64,000 nucleotides of DNA from an uncultured virus (IMG/VR IMGVR_UViG_3300013121_000021) (lineage: Duplodnaviria; Heunggongvirae; Uroviricota; Caudoviricetes), in IMG/VR virus record IMGVR_UViG_3300013121_000021; one strand, given 5' to 3'. A model generated the notes under the pieces. It did not search any database and had not been told where the DNA came from. It saw nothing but the letters and a program-made list of their open reading frames with translations. Below, piece after piece: positions 60,385 to 64,000 of this stretch; within the stretch, counting starts at the first letter, position 1; the number at the start of each line of letters is the position of its first letter. The position numbers were made by a program, and so were the translations under genes.

Positions 60385-60392
60385 GTATTTAA

Positions 60393-60503
60393 TTATTTTT
60401 TAATAAAGAGTGCTTCCAATATTTTATATACTGAAAGTAATCCTATACCAACTAAAACTAATCCAGAAACTTCTTTTACTGTTTTGTACTTATCTTCTTT
60501 CAT
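60393..60503 (-). CDS. 36-aa single-transmembrane peptide (not in ORF track)
   Basis: MKEDKYKTVKEVSGLVLVGIGLLSVYKILEALFIKK; lies between the array and the terminator. Confidence 0.5.
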   Translation of the reverse strand: MKEDKYKTVKEVSGLVLVGIGLLSVYKILEALFIKK

Positions 60504-60541
60504 AATAAAAATTTAATGTGGTTGGGACAGATTCCCCATTA

Positions 60542-62736
60542 TGATAAAATTAAGGGTTTAGTATCTATTCAATCACTTTGTTAAAATTCGTGTCCATATT
60601 TCTATTCGAGCAGTATGTTAAAATCGTCCACCATGTAACTATTTTAAGAAGAGTGTTAAAATTTAACTCTTTGTATCTATTTGACAACCGTGTTAAAATC
60701 AGTCTTAATATAACTGATTAACAGTTCTGTTAAAATTTCATTTTCAGTTTTTGATACTGCTTGTTGTTAAAATACGCTCTTCTATTTCTGATATACGGTC
60801 TTGTTAAAATTCCCGCCGGTATTTCTGATAGACTGTCTTGTTAAAATCGTACTCAATGAGTCTTTTTTCATCTCGTGTTAAAATAGAATTGTGTAAGTCT
60901 ATTTACATTTATTGTTAAAATTCGTATATCTAAATCTGATCATACGAAGTGTTAAACTTGTTTCTGATGTATCTATTAATCTTAGATGTTAAAATCAATA
61001 TCGATGATTCTAATTGCCGTAGGTGTTAAAATAAATTCGCTTATTTCTACTTTTGGCAATTGTTAAAATTCATCGGTCTGTTTCTGTTTGGCCTAATTGT
61101 TAAAATCGGGTCCTTTGTTTCTAATTCGAATCCCTGTTAAAATAGAACAGTATGTTTCTGATTTTGATCAATGTTAAAATACACACCACTATTTCTATTT
61201 TGACGTAGTGTTAAAATTACAACTTCTGTTTCTAATAGTAATTCTTGTTAAAATACTTTGTAATGTATTTGTTTGGTTTCGATGTTAAAATTGGCACACT
61301 TGTATTCTAATCAAAATCCCTGTTAAAATTTGCCTTATTGTTTCTAATACCACATAGCGTTAAAATTTACACCTTTGTTTCTGATTCGGGTCAGTGTTAA
61401 AATTTCTCCTTTTATTCCTGATCAAGATGTTTGTTAAAATTCGTATCTTTGTTTCTGATAAGAGGACGTGTTAAAATAAGCGCCTTTATTTCTGATTTAA
61501 AATTATGTTAAAATTTTACTTCATGTTTCTATTAAATAATATTGTTTAAATAAATTCAAGAATTTCTGATTCGCGATAATGTTAAAATCACTTTTCGTAT
61601 TTCTGATGGAGTCTCATGTTAAAATTGTGTGCCATATTTCTGATCTGCGCGCTTGTTAAAATCCAACCCTTTACTTCTGGTTATGGGCGTTGTTAAAATT
61701 GGCTTTTTTATTTCTATTCATGGGAGGTGTTAAAATGCGCCTCATTATTTCTGATCCACATGCTTGTTAAAATTCGTCAGAATATTTCTGATCTGGTTCA
61801 GTGTTAAAATCATCACCTATATTTTTGATCCGGCCGAATGTTAAAATCAGGCCCTTTATTTCTGATCAATATTAATGTTAAAATGGAAGCTCGTGTTTCT
61901 ATTCGTCATCATTGTTAAAATTCTCCTCATTATTTCTGATCAATTTTAATGTTAAAATCCGCCAACCTTATTTCTGATTGTTCATGCTGTTAAAATAAGT
62001 TCATCTATTTCTAATCTACGCCAGTGTTAAAATTCTCAGCATTATTTCTGATCACCTCTGCCGTTAAAATACCGATTGTTATTTCTGATTCGATTTTTTG
62101 TTAAAATGACTGGCCCTATTTCTGATCGGGCCGAATGTTAAAATAACCTGCTTTATTTCTATTTGGGGGAGGTGTTAAAATACGGAACGTTATTTCCGAT
62201 CCAACATCATGTTAAAATAACTGACCTTATTTCTAATCATTCATCCTGTTAAAATAACCAAATTTATTTCTGATTGCTAATTGTGTTAAAATAGAGATTT
62301 ATATTTCTGATTATTTATATTGTTAAAATATTCCACACTATTTCTGATTGAGCCCGATGTTAAAATTAGCACCTTTATTTCTGATCAATATCAATGTTAA
62401 AATAATGAGCTCTATTTCTGATCGGGCCGAATGTTAAAATCGGCTTTTTTATTTCTATTTGCGGCAGTTGTTAAAATTTATCCTCGTATTTCTGATCAAT
62501 ATGTTCGTTAAAATACCGATTGTTATTTCTGATTCGATTTTTTGTTAAAATATTTCCGCATATTTCTGATTAATACTTCTGTTAAAATTAGCGACACTAT
62601 TTCTGATCGAATCAAATGTTAAAATCCACCGCACTATTTCTGATCTAAGAACTTGTTAAAATCGGCTTCGATATTTCTGATTATTCATCTTGTTAAAATA
62701 CCTGTTGCTATTTCTGATTTGAGTTCGTGTTAAATT
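60542..62736 (-). ncRNA. TIGR-like dual-repeat guide-RNA array: 59 units of 37 nt (edge repeat, 9-nt spacer, loop repeat, 9-nt spacer)
   Basis: Plus-strand consensus TGTTAAAAT-N9-T(A/G)TTTCT(GA/AA/AT)T-N9. 60 edge repeats from 60542 to 62728; period 37 except three 38-nt units (starting 60616, 61283, 61950). Strand inferred from the promoter motif at 62768 and the degeneration gradient. Confidence 0.85.
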
Positions 62737-62767
62737 AGAAAAAAATTTAAAAAATCTTTTCTATAAA

Positions 62768-62782
62768 ATATTATATCTATAT
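62768..62782 (-). promoter_or_regulatory. Promoter-like motif ATATAGATATAATAT in the array leader
   Basis: About 31 nt from the best-conserved end of the array, pointing into it. Confidence 0.6.
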
Positions 62783-62879
62783 CAAATAGTATAAAAATTA
62801 ATCGGTAAAAACCCACCCAAATAATCAATACTTAATATTAATTATTTGGGTAAGTATAAAAATAGGTCGGTAAAAAAAC

Positions 62880-63460
62880 CAATCCTATACTTCAATATTT
62901 AATAGATTTTTTATGCTTCCGCGTCTATTAAATATAAATTTTTCGCTTTAATTATCGGCACTTTCCTTTTATTTTTGTATTTAAACCGATACAAATTCGG
63001 GTTTCAACGGATTATCATAGAGTTTTATATAAAAACTATTATACTTATCCTTGCTGTGGTACTCTCGTCTTCAACCGATACCCCACTATCCACAACTCTT
63101 TCATATCTCATACATTCCTATGTACTTCATATAACTAGTGTCATTTTTCAACGCACAACTTTGACGTGCTAGCCTCTACTCAGTAACTTTCCCGGATATT
63201 TTCTTCTCTAGGTAGACGAATCCCCTAGTTAAGTACTTTTAGCTGCTATTTAAGACTTCCGCGCCATAGAATACTTCTATCCGTCCTACTTATTACCTTT
63301 CCGCGCTCTCTCATGTAGCTACGTAGACCCTTCCCCTATATTTTAGTCCTTGCTTTGCGTTACAGTTTATCTTTGCACATCCTCAATGGCTGTGGGATAT
63401 AAACTTTCGCCCAGTTTTAATTCCGCGCGCTACGCTGGAACAACCGTTGAACGGTCACCT
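62880..63460 (-). ncRNA. Candidate large structured non-coding RNA
   Basis: GC-elevated with no convincing ORF; promoter-motif variant at 63461-63475; 8-bp long-range complementarity 63003-63010/63444-63451; repeated GCGCGGAA and TAGGGGA-N3-GTCTAC motifs. Confidence 0.45.
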
Positions 63461-63605
63461 CAATAATTTCTATATATAATGTGACCAAACCCAAAAATTA
63501 TACTTAAGTAACCTAAATGCTATTTTTTATACTAATACTAAAAATGTATAAATGATATATTGTACTTTCTGTTACTAACATATTTTTTTAAAACACTAGT
63601 ATAAT

Positions 63606-63688
63606 TTTTGAAAACACGGAAAATAGTAAAAAAATATTAGTAGAAAAATTTAAGTTACTAATTTTGAAAACACGGAAAATAGTAAAAA
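63606..63688. repeat. 27-bp direct repeat in an AT-rich non-coding region
   Basis: TTTTGAAAACACGGAAAATAGTAAAAA at 63606-63632 and 63662-63688. Confidence 0.8.
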
Positions 63689-64000
63689 CTATATCAAACT
63701 ATTAAAAAATAGTAATATAGTTTATAATTTTTTCCTAATAGGCTTTAAGTTAAAAGCTAGCTCTCTTGGATAAAAAAGTACTAGTATAAAAAAAATTCGG
63801 AAAAAATGCGTCCTATGACCACATAGGAACTCACTCATAAGTAGCATCTTTATCTCTTAAATACATTCCCAAAAATCCCAAAAACAAAAATTTGTTAATG
63901 TAAATTTAAGGTACTAATTCCTTCAAAAGATAAGTTTTTTATGCACCCGACGTATAAACCATCTTTTAGTCTATGTTTTTTCAGTCAAGGTTTTTTCATT

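Noticed and set aside
740..62065. Neisseria-type DNA uptake sequence (GCCGTCTGAA) as the source of GCCGTT enrichment
   Set aside because: The sites read GCCGTT with variable downstream bases and do not extend to the uptake sequence.
60913..62136. Systematic pairing between the two spacers of each unit (stem-loop array)
   Set aside because: Only occasional complementarity (units at 60913 and 62099); most pairs cannot pair.
60542..62736. CRISPR array
   Set aside because: Two alternating 9-10-nt repeats with 9-nt spacers rather than one 23-50-nt repeat with ~30-nt spacers; no cas genes in the window.
60542..62736. Protein-coding repeat or simple satellite/iteron array
   Set aside because: The 37-nt period shifts frame every unit and stop codons in the repeats close all frames. 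The variable parts are fixed-length and mostly unique, unlike a satellite.
62975..63172. 65-aa plus-strand ORF
   Set aside because: TTG start, no RBS, no recognisable motif; overlaps the minus-strand ncRNA candidate.
62800..64000. tRNA genes in the non-coding end
   Set aside because: No cloverleaf or T-arm GTTCRA with a matching acceptor stem found by eye; tRNAscan-SE would settle it.

Overview
AT-rich (roughly 25-30% GC by eye), gene-dense segment of a large (jumbo-type) tailed phage genome, coded mostly on the minus strand; SspB and a c-type cytochrome point to a proteobacterial host. 1-47 kb is mostly a virion/fibre module: glycosyltransferase, YkgJ-like protein and sulfotransferase next to three RCC1-repeat proteins, tail fibres, LamG/collagen/DUF4082-like proteins, a 2621-aa LamG plus glycoside-hydrolase-like protein, and small proteins sharing an N-terminal [IL]-x-E leader. 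47-60 kb holds accessory genes: sspB, a membrane GGDEF protein, a RecD/Dda-like helicase, two lipoproteins, and nine tandem paralogues with a shared C-terminal motif. The main finding is a 59-unit, 37-nt dual-repeat array (60542-62736; TGTTAAAAT-N9-TATTTCTGAT-N9) with the architecture of a TIGR guide-RNA array. A nuclease-less Nop/IS110-like protein (TasA-like, 51009-52016) lies 8.5 kb away, and both sit behind the same 15-nt promoter-like motif. A candidate ~500-nt structured ncRNA lies upstream of the array, and the hexamer AACGGC is strongly over-represented across the window. All calls come from reading the sequence by eye; no database searches were run.
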